Source of the DNA: Armatimonadota bacterium | Lineage (GTDB): Bacteria > Armatimonadota > UBA5829 > DTLH01 | Assembly: GCA_038207085.1 (NCBI GenBank) | Contig: JBBRAE010000006.1 | Span: forward strand, 1,818-65,817 | Direction: 5' to 3' | DNA: 64,000 nucleotides | Shown here: piece by piece, positions 1 to 9,105 of the stretch | Layout: every line of letters starts with the position of its first letter | How positions within the stretch are numbered: the first letter of the stretch is position 1 | The notes under the pieces: model-generated | Told to the model about the DNA's origin: nothing | Database searches by the model: none | Seen by the model: only the letters and a program-made list of their open reading frames with translations | Program-made: the position numbers and the translations under genes

Positions 1-510
1 CGACCACGCCCGCGGGTATGTCTTTCGTGACGACCGACCCCGCGCCGATTGTGGTGTTGTCCCCGAACGTCACCCCGGGCAGAATGATTGAGCCGCCGCC
101 GATCCAGACGTTGTTGCCGATTGTGATCGGGCTCGCGAGCTCAGGGCCTTTGATGCGTTGGAAGGCGTCGATTGGGTGGTGGGCGGCGTAAATCTGCACA
201 TTTGGCGCGAGCATCACGTTGTCGCCGATTCGCACCTCCGCGCAGTCGAGGATCACGCAGTTGAAGTTTACGTACACGTTCTCCCCGAAGAAGATGTTTG
301 AGCCGTAGTCGCAGCGAAACGGCGGCTCTACCTCAACTTTCGACCCAACACGGCCAAGGAGCTCGCGAAGCATCACCTCGCGCTCGATCTCGTCCGGGCA
401 ATTGTTGAACCGGTACGTAAGCTCCCGGCAGCGCCTGCGCATCGCCGAAAGCTCCGGGTCGGCGGCCACGTAAAGCTCACCCGATAGCATCTTTTCGAGT
501 TCTGTCTTCA
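1..510 (-). CDS. Hexapeptide-repeat (left-handed beta-helix) sugar O-acetyltransferase, maltose/galactoside O-acetyltransferase-like. The start codon is at 508-510 and the 3' part runs off the window start (partial).
   Basis: Reverse-complement translation from ATG at 510 gives MKTELEKMLSGELYVAADPELSAMRRRCRELTYRFNNCPDEIEREVMLRELLGRVGSKVEVEPPFRCDYGSNIFFGENVYVNFNCVILDC...IGDNVMLAPNVQIYAAHH...IGNNVWIGGGSIILPGVTFGDNTTIGAGSVV. These are typical Maa/LacA-family hexapeptide repeats. Not in the ORF track because it is truncated by the window edge. Confidence 0.7.
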
Positions 511-577
511 TAGGGACAGTGTAAAGCGTAATGTGCGAAGTGTAAAGTTGTATTTGGCGGAACGACGACTCCAGATG

Positions 578-586
578 TGGTAAAAT
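578..586 (+). promoter_or_regulatory. Possible extended -10 promoter element (TGgTAAAAT) upstream of hicB. No convincing -35.
   Basis: TGGTAAAAT at 578-586. The AGGAGG RBS and ATG at 629 follow. Confidence 0.25.
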
Positions 587-628
587 GTACCTGCTTGAAT
601 GTGGCATTCACTACGTTTAGGAGGAACT

Positions 629-850
629 ATGGAATACAGCTTCACTGTTGTTATCGAAAAAGACCAGGATGGCTATTATGCCTTCTGTGCTGAACTGGAT
701 GGCTGCTACACCCAGGGCGACACTTATGAAGATGTCGTCAAGAACATAGAAGACGCCATTCGGCTTCATGTTGATGATCGGCTGGAGGCAGGGGAACCGA
801 TCACACAATATGGACAGGTGTCTCTCACCACCCTCAAGGTGGCTGTATGA
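629..850 (+). CDS. hicB: HicB-family (UPF0150) type II antitoxin
   Basis: MEYSFTVVIEKDQDGYYAFCAELDGCYTQGDTYEDVVKNIEDAIRLHV matches the HicB N-terminal RNase H-like fold signature. Start chosen at ATG 629, which is preceded by AGGAGG; the ORF-track start at 599 lacks an RBS. Stop overlaps the hicA start (ATGA). Confidence 0.7.
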   Translation: MEYSFTVVIEKDQDGYYAFCAELDGCYTQGDTYEDVVKNIEDAIRLHVDDRLEAGEPITQYGQVSLTTLKVAV

Positions 851-1077
851 CCGAGAAGCTGCCAAGGGTTACGGCGGGAGAGATTATCAGGGTTCTGGAG
901 CAACTTGATTTCGTCTTTGCGCGCCAGAGCGGCAGCCATAAGATATATCGAAACGCCGCCGGTCGGCGCGTCACTGTGCCATTTCACCAGGGCAAAATCC
1001 TTCATCCAAAAGTCTTGCTGAGTATCCTCAAAGACGCTGATATCGCGCCCGCCAAGCTGAAAGAACTGCTGAGTTAA
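847..1077 (+). CDS. hicA: HicA-family type II toxin (YcfA-like mRNA interferase)
   Basis: RQSGSHKIYRNAAGRRVTVPFHQGKILHPKVLLSILKDADI matches the conserved HicA GSH...G(R/K)...VP.H...(I/L)..G.L..I(L/I)K motif. 4-nt overlap with hicB. The order is hicB then hicA, the reverse of the commoner arrangement. Confidence 0.7.
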   Translation: MTEKLPRVTAGEIIRVLEQLDFVFARQSGSHKIYRNAAGRRVTVPFHQGKILHPKVLLSILKDADIAPAKLKELLS

Positions 1078-1185
1078 CCGCCATCCTCCAAAATGTGATA
1101 GAATATCGTAGAAAAGTCGAGCCTGCGGCGATGGTTTACGATCTCGCGCGCGGGTTATATCTGATTGAAACAATAGATCGGCGGG

Positions 1186-1593
1186 GTGCCTGAGTTGGGG
1201 TTTTCTGCGTTTACGTCTTCACCTATTGCCATGCTCCTTGTGAGCGTCTGTCTTGGAACTACGGGGCAGTTTCTTCTTAAAAAAGGGCTGATGCTCACCG
1301 GTGGAAGCAAAGACGTCGGAGCGGCGGCGGTTCTTGGAGCCCTCAAGGCAATTGGACATCCCATGGTCTTTATGGGGTTTGCCTGCTACGGGATAAGCTC
1401 GATCATCTGGATGATGATCCTCAAAAAGGCCCCCCTGAGCATCGCCTACCCGATGATCAGCCTGAGCTATGTGCTCGTCGTCGCCCTTTCGCCCAAGCTC
1501 CTTGGCGAGCAGGTGAGGTGGCCGGCGATGGTGGGGATATTCTTTATAGTCTCGGGGGTCAGCCTGATCGGCATGGGCCTCGGGAAACGCTAG
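1186..1593 (+). CDS. Small 4-TM EamA/SMR-like membrane protein, ArnE/ArnF-like (undecaprenyl-phosphate-sugar flippase subunit family)
   Basis: About 120-135 aa with four hydrophobic helices (LLVSVCLGTTGQFLLKKG, VFMGFACYGISSIIWMMIL, IAYPMISLSYVLVVAL, MVGIFFIVSGVSLIGMG). Sits directly upstream of two large polytopic membrane proteins. Confidence 0.5.
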   Translation: MPELGFSAFTSSPIAMLLVSVCLGTTGQFLLKKGLMLTGGSKDVGAAAVLGALKAIGHPMVFMGFACYGISSIIWMMILKKAPLSIAYPMISLSYVLVVALSPKLLGEQVRWPAMVGIFFIVSGVSLIGMGLGKR

Positions 1594-1665
1594 GAGGCGG
1601 GCGCTACGGACCGAACGGAACGGCTTCGGCGCGCTGCGCCTGTCATAATTCTTCTTATTCTTGCG

Positions 1666-3933
1666 GTGGTGTTCCTCTACCCGGCGCTAAGGCCCGGCTA
1701 CGCGCTCCTACCGGCCCGGTACTTAAGTGCGATGAGCCCCTGGAACGCCTCCCACAGCGCAACCCAGCCGCAGTGGAACCCGCTGATGTGGGACGGGATC
1801 GCCCAGTTCTACCCCTGGAGGGTCCACCTGCACAGGTCGGTTGTCGATGAGGGGATGATCCCGCTTTGGAACCCCTACCAGTTCTGCGGGACCCCGTTTC
1901 TCGCAAATGCCCAGACCGCGCCGCTTTACCCGCTGAATATCTTGTTCATCCTTTTTGAGCCCGTGCGCGCCTTTGGCCTCTCGGCGATGATCCACCTGTT
2001 TCTTGCAGGCGCGTTCACCTTCCTGCTCGCCCGTGCACTTGGGGTAGGCCGCTTCGGGGCGACGGTGTCGGGGGTGACGTTCGCCTTCAGCGCGTTTATG
2101 GTGCTCTGGCTTGAGCTTCCGACGCTTGTAAACGTCGCGACGTGGCTTCCGCTGGTGCTTTATCTAATCCTTCGCGCGTGGGACAGGACCGGGATCGTTC
2201 ACGCGGTCTTCGCGGGCGCGGCTCTTGGGGTCGCGATCCTTGCGGGGCACTTCCAGATAGCCTCCTACGTTGCCTTTGCCGCGGCGAGTTGGTGGGTGTG
2301 GCTTGGAGTGTCAAGGGTGAGAGTCGACGGCGCGGAGTCAATCACGCGAGCGATAAAACTCGGACTCGTCTGTTTCGCGGTCGCATTCCTGGTCGCCGCT
2401 CCACAGGTGCTCCCCACGCTCGAACTCGCGGGGCTTTCCCACCGGGTGCGCGAGGCAACCGCCGCAGGCTACGCAAGCTATCTCAAGAACGCGATTCCCC
2501 TTCGGCATACGATGACGCTTTTCGTCCCGAACTTCTATGGAAACCCCTCCGCGCCCGGCGGCTACTTCGGCGGAAGCGCCGCAAACTTTATGGAGTACGG
2601 CATGTACGTCGGCATTATGCCGTTGCTCTTTGCGATTCTTGGCGCGGTTTTCGCCCTTCGCTGGCGCGCAGCCGGATATTTCCTGCTGCTTGCGGTCATC
2701 TCGTTCCTGCTCGCGGTGGGGACGCCGTTCAATCTCCCGTTCTACTACCTCGTGCCGGGGACAAGCTCGCTTGGCGGGCCTAACAGGGTGATTGTGCTCT
2801 TCTGTTTCTCCATTGCGATGCTTGCGGGCTACGGAGCGCACTGGTTCTCCCAACTCGCGCTTGAGGAGTACCGGGCGACGGGTCGGAAACAGGGCTGGCG
2901 CGCGCTTGCGATCGGCGGAGCGGTCTTTGCGATACTCTTCCTCGCCTGCCAGACGATCACCTCCGGCGGTCTGCAGTCGCTTGGGGTCGACCCCCGACAG
3001 ATCGTTTCCGCGGCGCTCCCTCAGTACGTGCTCTTTGGAGTGATGCTCCTGGGCTCGCTCGGAGTGATGACTATCTACACCGCCGGGCAGCTCCCCAAGG
3101 GGTTTTTCGCGTTTCTTGCGATCTCTGTGATCGTCGCCGATCTCTTCACCTTTGGCATGGGATTTAACCCGGTCTCGCGTGTGGAGCAAGTCTACCCCCG
3201 GACGGGTCTTACCGACTGGCTCGTGAGCAATGCCGGTGACGCGCGCGTGATGCCGATCAACCCGCGTTGGAGCCTTTTCGAGAACCCCGGCGCGCTGCTT
3301 CCTCCAAACGCCGCGACCGTCTTCGGGCTCTGCGACGTGCAGGGGTACGATTCGCTCTTTTACCGCAACTACAAGCAGTTTGTCGACCGCACGCTTGGGA
3401 CGGACTCAAGCCCGCGAGAGAACGGCAATATGCTCCTTATCCCCCGCTACACCCCCGATTGGCCGCAGGGAATGGCCGGTTTGGTGCTCTCCAGGGAGCC
3501 GCTTGGCGCTCGGGGGCTCGAACGGGTCGCGCGGACCGGCGATGTGCTCATCTACCGGCGAACGGCGTTTGGCCCATACCGAAAGACCTACCTAGTGCCC
3601 GCCGACAACGACCCCATCAAGCCCGTATACAGGTCGTGGGTGGCTGACCGCTCGACAAACAGCGTCGTGGTGGTCGCCGAGACCGATCGGCCCGCCCGTG
3701 TGGTATTGGCCGACGCGTTTTATCCCGGCTGGAAGGCTTACGTCGAGGGCGAGGAGCGCCCCGTAACGCCTGCGGATGGTGTGTTTCGCTCGGTTGCAGT
3801 CGAGCCTGGGACCCAGTCGGTCGTCTTCCGGTATGAGCCGGAGAGCTTCCAGATCGGGGTGTTTCTCGGGCTCATTGGCCTCGCGGTTATAGCTGGCGCC
3901 GGTGGGATGGCGTTAGCCGGGAGGCGTGCGTGA
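1666..3933 (+). CDS. YfhO-like polytopic membrane protein (putative GT-C type glycosyltransferase)
   Basis: 755 aa, more than 12 predicted TM helices. The N-terminal WNP(Y)QFCGTPFLANAQTAPLYPLNILF motif resembles the YfhO family. There is a C-terminal soluble domain. GTG start at 1666. The start is uncertain because the open frame continues upstream without an ATG. Confidence 0.6.
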   Translation: MVFLYPALRPGYALLPARYLSAMSPWNASHSATQPQWNPLMWDGIAQFYPWRVHLHRSVVDEGMIPLWNPYQFCGTPFLANAQTAPLYPLNILFILFEPVRAFGLSAMIHLFLAGAFTFLLARALGVGRFGATVSGVTFAFSAFMVLWLELPTLVNVATWLPLVLYLILRAWDRTGIVHAVFAGAALGVAILAGHFQIASYVAFAAASWWVWLGVSRVRVDGAESITRAIKLGLVCFAVAFLVAAPQVLPTLELAGLSHRVREATAAGYASYLKNAIPLRHTMTLFVPNFYGNPSAPGGYFGGSAANFMEYGMYVGIMPLLFAILGAVFALRWRAAGYFLLLAVISFLLAVGTPFNLPFYYLVPGTSSLGGPNRVIVLFCFSIAMLAGYGAHWFSQLALEEYRATGRKQGWRALAIGGAVFAILFLACQTITSGGLQSLGVDPRQIVSAALPQYVLFGVMLLGSLGVMTIYTAGQLPKGFFAFLAISVIVADLFTFGMGFNPVSRVEQVYPRTGLTDWLVSNAGDARVMPINPRWSLFENPGALLPPNAATVFGLCDVQGYDSLFYRNYKQFVDRTLGTDSSPRENGNMLLIPRYTPDWPQGMAGLVLSREPLGARGLERVARTGDVLIYRRTAFGPYRKTYLVPADNDPIKPVYRSWVADRSTNSVVVVAETDRPARVVLADAFYPGWKAYVEGEERPVTPADGVFRSVAVEPGTQSVVFRYEPESFQIGVFLGLIGLAVIAGAGGMALAGRRA

Positions 3934-5501
3934 AAGACGGCTCGGGCCTGAAGATGGCGCTCGTCTGGGCGTGCCTGATAGTGCTTTTGGCCTCCGTGCC
4001 TTACCTTGCGGGGATGCTTCTTGCTCCAGGCGACGGGATGTTTGCGGGGTTCACCTACAACATCGACGACGCATGCGTCTACTCGTCCTGGGTGCGGCAG
4101 GTCGCCGACGGGCACGTGTTCTACCGCAACCTCTACACACCAGAGCCCCAGAGCGCGCTTCAGTTCAACCTGCTTTTCGCGCTGCTTGGAGCCATCTCGC
4201 GCCTGACAGGGATGTCTGCGGCGGCAGTGCTCCACCTCGCGCGCGTCGTGCTCGGGGTCGGGCTGCTGGCGCTGGTGTGGCGGTTTGCTGCGAGGTTCCT
4301 GTCTGACTCGCGCGCCCGCGCCCTTGTCGTGCCGGTCGTTGGCCTTGGTTCGGGGCTTGGGTGGATTCTTCCCAAGGTGCAGGGGCACGCGGGATCGGTC
4401 GACCTCTGGCAGCCTGAGGCTATCACATTTCTTTCAATTTACCTGAACCCGCTCTTTTTAGCGGGCCTCGTCTTGATGCTTGCCGCGCTTCACTTTTTGC
4501 AGAGTCTCGAAGAAACAGGGCGGTGGCGGGACGCTGGGCTTGCCGGACTGATGCTCCTGATCCTTGGAAACGTCCACACCTACGACGTCTTGACCGTCGG
4601 GGCGGTGTGGGCAAGCTACCTTCTGGTTCGGATGATCAGTCGACAGTTGCCCCCGAAACTGGCTCTGCAAAGCCTCGTGGCCGCCGCAATCGCGCTTCCA
4701 TCGGTCGCCTACCAGTTCTATCTATACCGAAGCGTCGAGGTCTTCCGTGCTCGGGTAGAGACCGCCGCACCGTCACCCGTGGTTTGGGCGTACCTCGCAG
4801 GTTTCGGGCTCTTGATAGTGCTCGGGGTGATAGGTGCAAGGCTTGCCCTGCGCGAGCGGCGGGGAATGATTTTGGTCGTTTGGGCGGTCGTCGGCTTTCT
4901 GCTCCCCTACCTGCCCTTTGCTCAGCAGAGGAAGCTTGCGATGGGGCTTCACCTGCCGATCGCGATCCTCGCCTGCGCGGGAATCGCCTGGATCGCGACA
5001 AAGAGCAGGTCCAAGGTGGCCGCGTTGATCATTCTGATACTTCTTGCGCCGTCGAACCTCGTGTTTATGAGCCGGGACATCGGGATGCTGCAATCGGGCG
5101 TCACAGCGCCGCTCTACCCCGCGTATCTGTCCAACTCAGAAGTAAGCGCGCTTCGGTGGATTAGAGATTACTCGGGCGAGCGCGACACGGTTCTTGCCTC
5201 AAGAGAGATTTCGCTCTTCGTCCCGGCGATTGCGGGCAGGACTGTCTACTTCGGTCACTGGAGTGAGACTCCGGACTATGGAAAGAAACTCGGGGAGTGG
5301 ATGCGCTTCATCACCCCCAGCACTTCCGACATTGCCCGGAGGGAGTATCTGGAATCGACCGGTGCGAGGTGGATCATCTATCCCGCACGACCCGGCGAAT
5401 ACGCAGGCACTACCCTCTTTGACCTGCGGCGCGCGCCTTACGTGCGTTTGGCCTATGAAACAGGTAATGTTGCGGTCTACGAAGTGCAATCGAAGTATTG
5501 A
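3930..5501 (+). CDS. Large polytopic membrane protein with a C-terminal soluble domain (GT-C-like putative glycosyltransferase; family unresolved)
   Basis: 523 aa, many hydrophobic helices. Start overlaps the stop of the upstream gene by 4 nt (translational coupling). Clustered with the ArnE/F-like gene and the YfhO-like gene. Confidence 0.45.
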   Translation: MKDGSGLKMALVWACLIVLLASVPYLAGMLLAPGDGMFAGFTYNIDDACVYSSWVRQVADGHVFYRNLYTPEPQSALQFNLLFALLGAISRLTGMSAAAVLHLARVVLGVGLLALVWRFAARFLSDSRARALVVPVVGLGSGLGWILPKVQGHAGSVDLWQPEAITFLSIYLNPLFLAGLVLMLAALHFLQSLEETGRWRDAGLAGLMLLILGNVHTYDVLTVGAVWASYLLVRMISRQLPPKLALQSLVAAAIALPSVAYQFYLYRSVEVFRARVETAAPSPVVWAYLAGFGLLIVLGVIGARLALRERRGMILVVWAVVGFLLPYLPFAQQRKLAMGLHLPIAILACAGIAWIATKSRSKVAALIILILLAPSNLVFMSRDIGMLQSGVTAPLYPAYLSNSEVSALRWIRDYSGERDTVLASREISLFVPAIAGRTVYFGHWSETPDYGKKLGEWMRFITPSTSDIARREYLESTGARWIIYPARPGEYAGTTLFDLRRAPYVRLAYETGNVAVYEVQSKY

Positions 5502-5526
5502 CCAAAACCCAGGGCTGCGCTATAAT
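5498..5526 (+). promoter_or_regulatory. Near-consensus sigma70 promoter for tRNA-Met (TTGACC-17nt-TATAAT)
   Basis: TTGACC at 5498-5503, a 17-nt spacer, TATAAT at 5521-5526. The tRNA starts at 5540. Confidence 0.6.
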
Positions 5527-5539
5527 ATTCGAGTTACGT

Positions 5540-5616
5540 GGCGGAGTAGCTCAGTTGGTTAGAGCACGCGGTTCATACCCGCGTTGTCGTCGGTTCGAGT
5601 CCGACCTCCGCTACCA
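5540..5616 (+). tRNA. tRNA-Met (anticodon CAT). Elongator type is likely; tRNA-Ile2 (lysidine) cannot be excluded.
   Basis: GGCGGAG acceptor stem pairs with CTCCGCT (G1-U72 wobble). D-arm is GCTCAGTTGGTTAGAGC. Anticodon stem-loop is CGCGG-TTCATAC-CCGCG. T-arm is GTCGGTTCGAGTCCGAC. CCA is encoded. The anticodon stem lacks the three consecutive G-C pairs of initiator tRNAs. Confidence 0.9.
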
Positions 5617-5791
5617 GGCAAAAAACAATCGGCCGCCCTAGGGCACGCTTAACTTGAATATTGCACTTTGTCCATCGGTATCTGCCGCGTGCGATGCTTC
5701 GTAGCAACAGTTACCAATGCACAAGAATCAAGTTAATCCGACACTGGGGCGGCCTTTTTGGTTTGTGGTATAATGCCCGATGGAGGTAGTT

Positions 5792-6007
5792 ATGAAGCAG
5801 ACCTTTTCCGCAAGTATAACCAAAGAGGGAGACTGCTACGTGGCCCAGTGCCTGGAGGTCGACGTGGCGAGCGATGGTGAGACTGAAGAAGAAGCGCTGG
5901 AAAACCTCTCGGAAGCGCTCCAGCTCCACTTTACCCCTCCAGTCGCCACTGTTGTGCCAGGCGTGCGGATGATCGAGGTCGATCTACCTACCCCATCCAC
6001 CCCTTGA
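5792..6007 (+). CDS. Orphan HicB-like / UPF0150-family antitoxin-like protein with no adjacent HicA
   Basis: MKQTFSASITKEGDCYVAQCLEVDVASDGETEEEALENLSEALQLHF matches the UPF0150/HicB fold motif. TGgTATAAT sits 18 nt upstream, and GGAGG precedes ATG 5792. No HicA-like ORF on either strand in 5617-5790. The 3' end overlaps the convergent cdsA 3' end. Confidence 0.5.
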   Translation: MKQTFSASITKEGDCYVAQCLEVDVASDGETEEEALENLSEALQLHFTPPVATVVPGVRMIEVDLPTPSTP

Positions 6008-6824
6008 GCGCGATAGTCACGTAGTAGAAAACTACCGGAGCGACGAAGAGCAGGCTGTCGACTCGGTCGAGGACGCCGCCGTGGCCGGGGAGTAGGTTGC
6101 TGAAGTCTTTTACTCCGACTTCGCGCTTGATCGCAGAACCCGCGAGGTCGCCGATCTGGCCGATTATTCCGATCAATGCGCCAAGCACGAGCCCGTGGGG
6201 TTGAGGGATTCCCAAAGCAGCGCCGAGCACCGCGCCGATTATGATCGAGCAGGCAAGACCTGCGACTGAACCCTCCACCGTCTTGTTTGGGCTGATCGTT
6301 GGCGCAAGCTTCTTTCGCCCGTAGAACTTGCCGACGAAATATGCGCCGCTATCAAGCGCCCAGGTGCAGAGAAGCGCAAACATCACAAGCCACGCGCCAG
6401 TTTCGGCGGTCCAGCGTCCGACTGTGACTGATCCGTCGATCCCTCGAAGCAGAGTGAAGTGCATCAGAAGCCAGCAGACGTACCCCAGGCCAAGAAGAGT
6501 CGAGCCGACGTTTGCGAGTGGCTTGCGGTTGTCCCGCAGAAGCTCGTAGGCAAGACAGATGAGCACGAGCCCGACAAGCGTCGGGCCGATGTAGATCATA
6601 TCAGGTGACACTTTGCGCCCGAAGTACAGCACAAGCCCAGCCGCTACGACGCCAAGCATCCGGTTCGGGCGAAACCCGCCCCTGCGCGCCGCACGGTAGA
6701 ACTCGATCATTCCAACGATCACCGCAACGCCGATCAACAGCATAAACGGCAATCCCCCCGGCCAGAAGACCAGGGCAAGTACGATCGGAATTCCAACTAT
6801 TGCAGTTATTATTCGTGTCAGCAT
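5988..6824 (-). CDS. cdsA: Phosphatidate cytidylyltransferase
   Basis: 278 aa with multiple TM helices and the C-terminal signature PGHGGVLDRVDSLLF. Confidence 0.9.
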   Translation of the reverse strand: MLTRIITAIVGIPIVLALVFWPGGLPFMLLIGVAVIVGMIEFYRAARRGGFRPNRMLGVVAAGLVLYFGRKVSPDMIYIGPTLVGLVLICLAYELLRDNRKPLANVGSTLLGLGYVCWLLMHFTLLRGIDGSVTVGRWTAETGAWLVMFALLCTWALDSGAYFVGKFYGRKKLAPTISPNKTVEGSVAGLACSIIIGAVLGAALGIPQPHGLVLGALIGIIGQIGDLAGSAIKREVGVKDFSNLLPGHGGVLDRVDSLLFVAPVVFYYVTIALKGWMG

Positions 6825-6860
6825 AAGCGTCTCCGGATAGTTGCTAGCCCCTAACCTCTG

Positions 6861-8156
6861 CTACTTACTCTTTCTGCTGTCCAGATACTCCTCAACGACC
6901 TTCATCGCGCAGTAGCTGCTGCACATAGAGCAGACGGCTTCGGCGTGGGTCTCTCGACGCTCGCGGATGCTTCGCGCCTTGACCGGGTCGATGCAGAGCT
7001 CAAGCTGCTTTTTCCAGTCCAGGTCTTTGCGGGCCTTGGACATAGCCTTGTCCCACTCGAACGCGCCGGGGACTCCGCGGACGATATCGGCGGCATGCCC
7101 GGCGATCCTTGAGGCCATCACGCCCTCACGCACATCGTCAACGGTCGGCAGGCCAAGGTGCTCGGTCGGGGTCACGTAACAGAGGAAGTCAGCGCCCGAC
7201 ATCGCCGCGATCGCCCCGCCGATTGCTGCGGTGATGTGATCGTAACCCGGCGCAATGTCGGTCACAAGTGGGCCAAGCACATAGAACGGCGCGCCGTCGC
7301 AGAGGCGCTTTTGGAGCAAAACGTTCGCGCTGATCTGGTTTAGCGGCACATGCCCCGGGCCTTCGACCATCGCCTGGACGCCTGCGGCGCGGGAGCGGTC
7401 GACGAGTTCGCCAAGGATTATCAACTCCTGCACCTGTGCGCGGTCGGTCGCGTCGGCAATGCAGCCGGGGCGAAGTCCGTCGCCGAGCGAAAGCGTCACA
7501 TCGTGCTTGCGGCAGATATCAAGCAGGTCATCGAAGCGTGTGTAAAGTGGGTTTTCGGTCTCGTTTGCGATCATCCAGCAGGTGAGAAACGCGCCGCCGC
7601 GACTGACGACGTCGGTAAGCCTTCCCTGCTTCTGGAGCCTGCCGATAGTCTCTTGGGTGACGCCGCAGTGGACGGTTACAAAGTCGACGCCTTCTTTGGC
7701 CTGGCGCTCGATTGCGGCGAAGATGTCGTCCGCGCTCATATCGACGATCGAACCCTTGCGGTCGATCGCTGCTACGGCTGCCTCGTACATCGGAACGGTG
7801 CCGATTTGGACGGGGGAGCGGGCGAGCACTTCTTTTCTGATTCCCGTGATGTCGCCGCCGGTGGAGAGGTCCATCACGGCGTCCGCGCCTGCGTCGATTG
7901 CGGCCTGGAGCTTCTCAAGCTCGGGCTCGAGGTCCGGGAAGTCGGCTGATGTGCCGATGTTGGCGTTTACCTTGACCCGCAGGCCCTCGCCAACGCCCCG
8001 GGGGGCGCGAAGTTCGCGGTTGATGTTGTGGGGGATGACGACGCGGCCTGAGGCGATGCGCTCCATCAATACCTTTTCATCGACCTGCTCGTCCTTTGCA
8101 ACTGCTATCATTTCAGGCGTGAGCTTGCCGGCCCTCGCCGCTTCAAGTTGTGTCAA
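6861..8156 (-). CDS. thiC: Phosphomethylpyrimidine synthase ThiC
   Basis: 431 aa with a strong ThiC match throughout ([24 protein letters not shown], and the C-terminal [11 protein letters not shown] radical-SAM-type Cys motif). Confidence 0.95.
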   Translation of the reverse strand: MTQLEAARAGKLTPEMIAVAKDEQVDEKVLMERIASGRVVIPHNINRELRAPRGVGEGLRVKVNANIGTSADFPDLEPELEKLQAAIDAGADAVMDLSTGGDITGIRKEVLARSPVQIGTVPMYEAAVAAIDRKGSIVDMSADDIFAAIERQAKEGVDFVTVHCGVTQETIGRLQKQGRLTDVVSRGGAFLTCWMIANETENPLYTRFDDLLDICRKHDVTLSLGDGLRPGCIADATDRAQVQELIILGELVDRSRAAGVQAMVEGPGHVPLNQISANVLLQKRLCDGAPFYVLGPLVTDIAPGYDHITAAIGGAIAAMSGADFLCYVTPTEHLGLPTVDDVREGVMASRIAGHAADIVRGVPGAFEWDKAMSKARKDLDWKKQLELCIDPVKARSIRERRETHAEAVCSMCSSYCAMKVVEEYLDSRKSK

Positions 8157-8830
8157 TCCAGATCATCCTTTCGGGCCAGTGAGTCGGCCCACTTACCTTT
8201 ATTAAAAGCTTTACCAAGCGACTGAGCCGCCGCCGCCATATCAGGCGCGCAGACCACAGCCGATATCACCGCCACCGAGTCCGCACCGGAGGCCGCGACC
8301 TCCGCGATGTTCGCCGGTCCGATCCCCCCGATCGTGCAGACGTGCACACTTACGGCCAATTTGATCTTTCGAACCATCTCAAGCCCGAGCCCCGGCCCCG
8401 CATCCTCTTTGGTCGGGGTAGAGAACACCGGGCTGACGGCGACATAATCCGCGCCTTCTTCTTCTGCCCGAATCGCCTCTTCGACGCTTCCGACCGAGAC
8501 CCCGATGATCGCGCCTTGTCCGAGTATCAGCCTCGCCGCCACGACCGGCAGGTCGTCCTGACCCACATGCAGCCCGTCGGCTCCGCAGGCAAGCGCGATA
8601 TCGGCGCGGTTGTTGACGACAAAGATCGTCCCCGTGCCCTGGGTTATCTCCCGAATGGCGATTGCAGTCGCAAGCAGTTCGCGGTCGGAGGCGCACTTTT
8701 CGCGAAGCTGGACCCAGCTCGCGCCGCCTGCAACAGCCGCACGCGCGATATCGATGTGCGAGCGGTCAGAACGGATATCCCCGTCCGTAACCACATAAAC
8801 ACCCGACCCCGCACGAATCTCAACTGCCAT
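8153..8830 (-). CDS. thiE: Thiamine-phosphate synthase ThiE
   Basis: 225 aa with [23 protein letters not shown] and IGGIGPANI motifs typical of ThiE. Stop overlaps the thiC start by 4 nt (operon). Confidence 0.9.
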   Translation of the reverse strand: MAVEIRAGSGVYVVTDGDIRSDRSHIDIARAAVAGGASWVQLREKCASDRELLATAIAIREITQGTGTIFVVNNRADIALACGADGLHVGQDDLPVVAARLILGQGAIIGVSVGSVEEAIRAEEEGADYVAVSPVFSTPTKEDAGPGLGLEMVRKIKLAVSVHVCTIGGIGPANIAEVAASGADSVAVISAVVCAPDMAAAAQSLGKAFNKGKWADSLARKDDLD

Positions 8831-8844
8831 CGATCAAAATCACC

Positions 8845-8884
8845 CAACAAAAAAGCCGCAACCCCGTCCTGCCGGGTGCGCGGC
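8845..8884 (-). terminator. Intrinsic terminator-like hairpin plus U-tract inside the thiE 5' leader, immediately upstream of the thiE RBS (attenuator-type expression platform)
   Basis: On the minus strand, GCCGCGCACCCGGCAGGACGGGGUUGCGGC is followed by UUUUUUGUUGGGUGAUUUUGAUCG-AUG. An upstream leader segment GACCCCGCUGCC can pair with the 5' half of the terminator (antiterminator alternative). Confidence 0.4.
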
Positions 8885-9105
8885 TGAGATAGAATCACTG
8901 ACTAAAGTGTACCACAACGGGCAGACGGTGTAAAGGATTGGCAGCGGGGTCGGATTGTGTTCGTCGCGGAGAACCCATAAGAGGCTAGATTGAAGGAAGT
9001 TGGCACTTACACATCGAAGTGTCATAGTATGAAGAACACGCTCCGTTACGGCGACACCACGGGAGATTATCTGTCAGAGGAGTCCGTATACCTTTATAGA
9101 AAGTA

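Noticed and set aside
599-628. ORF-track start for hicB at 599 (MWHSLRLGGT...)
   Set aside because: There is no RBS. The conserved HicB fold starts at MEYSF. ATG 629 is preceded by AGGAGG.
2338-3189. Long antisense ORFs from the six-frame track: 2338..3189 (283 aa), 7582..8205, 13773..14810 (345 aa), 20525..21265, 21476..22378 (300 aa), 23014..24084 (356 aa), 50426..51274 and others
   Set aside because: Each lies antisense to, or out of frame within, a gene with strong family-level motifs (YfhO-like, thiC, metK, RACo, UroD-like, the P-loop operon). Their translations are low-complexity and Arg/Pro/Ala-rich, as is typical of spurious ORFs in GC-rich DNA.
8869-8925. Plus-strand GGGTGC...GCTGAGA resembling the core of a TPP riboswitch
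   Set aside because: It is on the wrong strand for thiE-thiC. The plus-strand downstream gene is a DNA methyltransferase. The P3 hairpin and the ACCTGATC...GGGA half of the aptamer are absent. Treated as a coincidental motif and only flagged in a finding.
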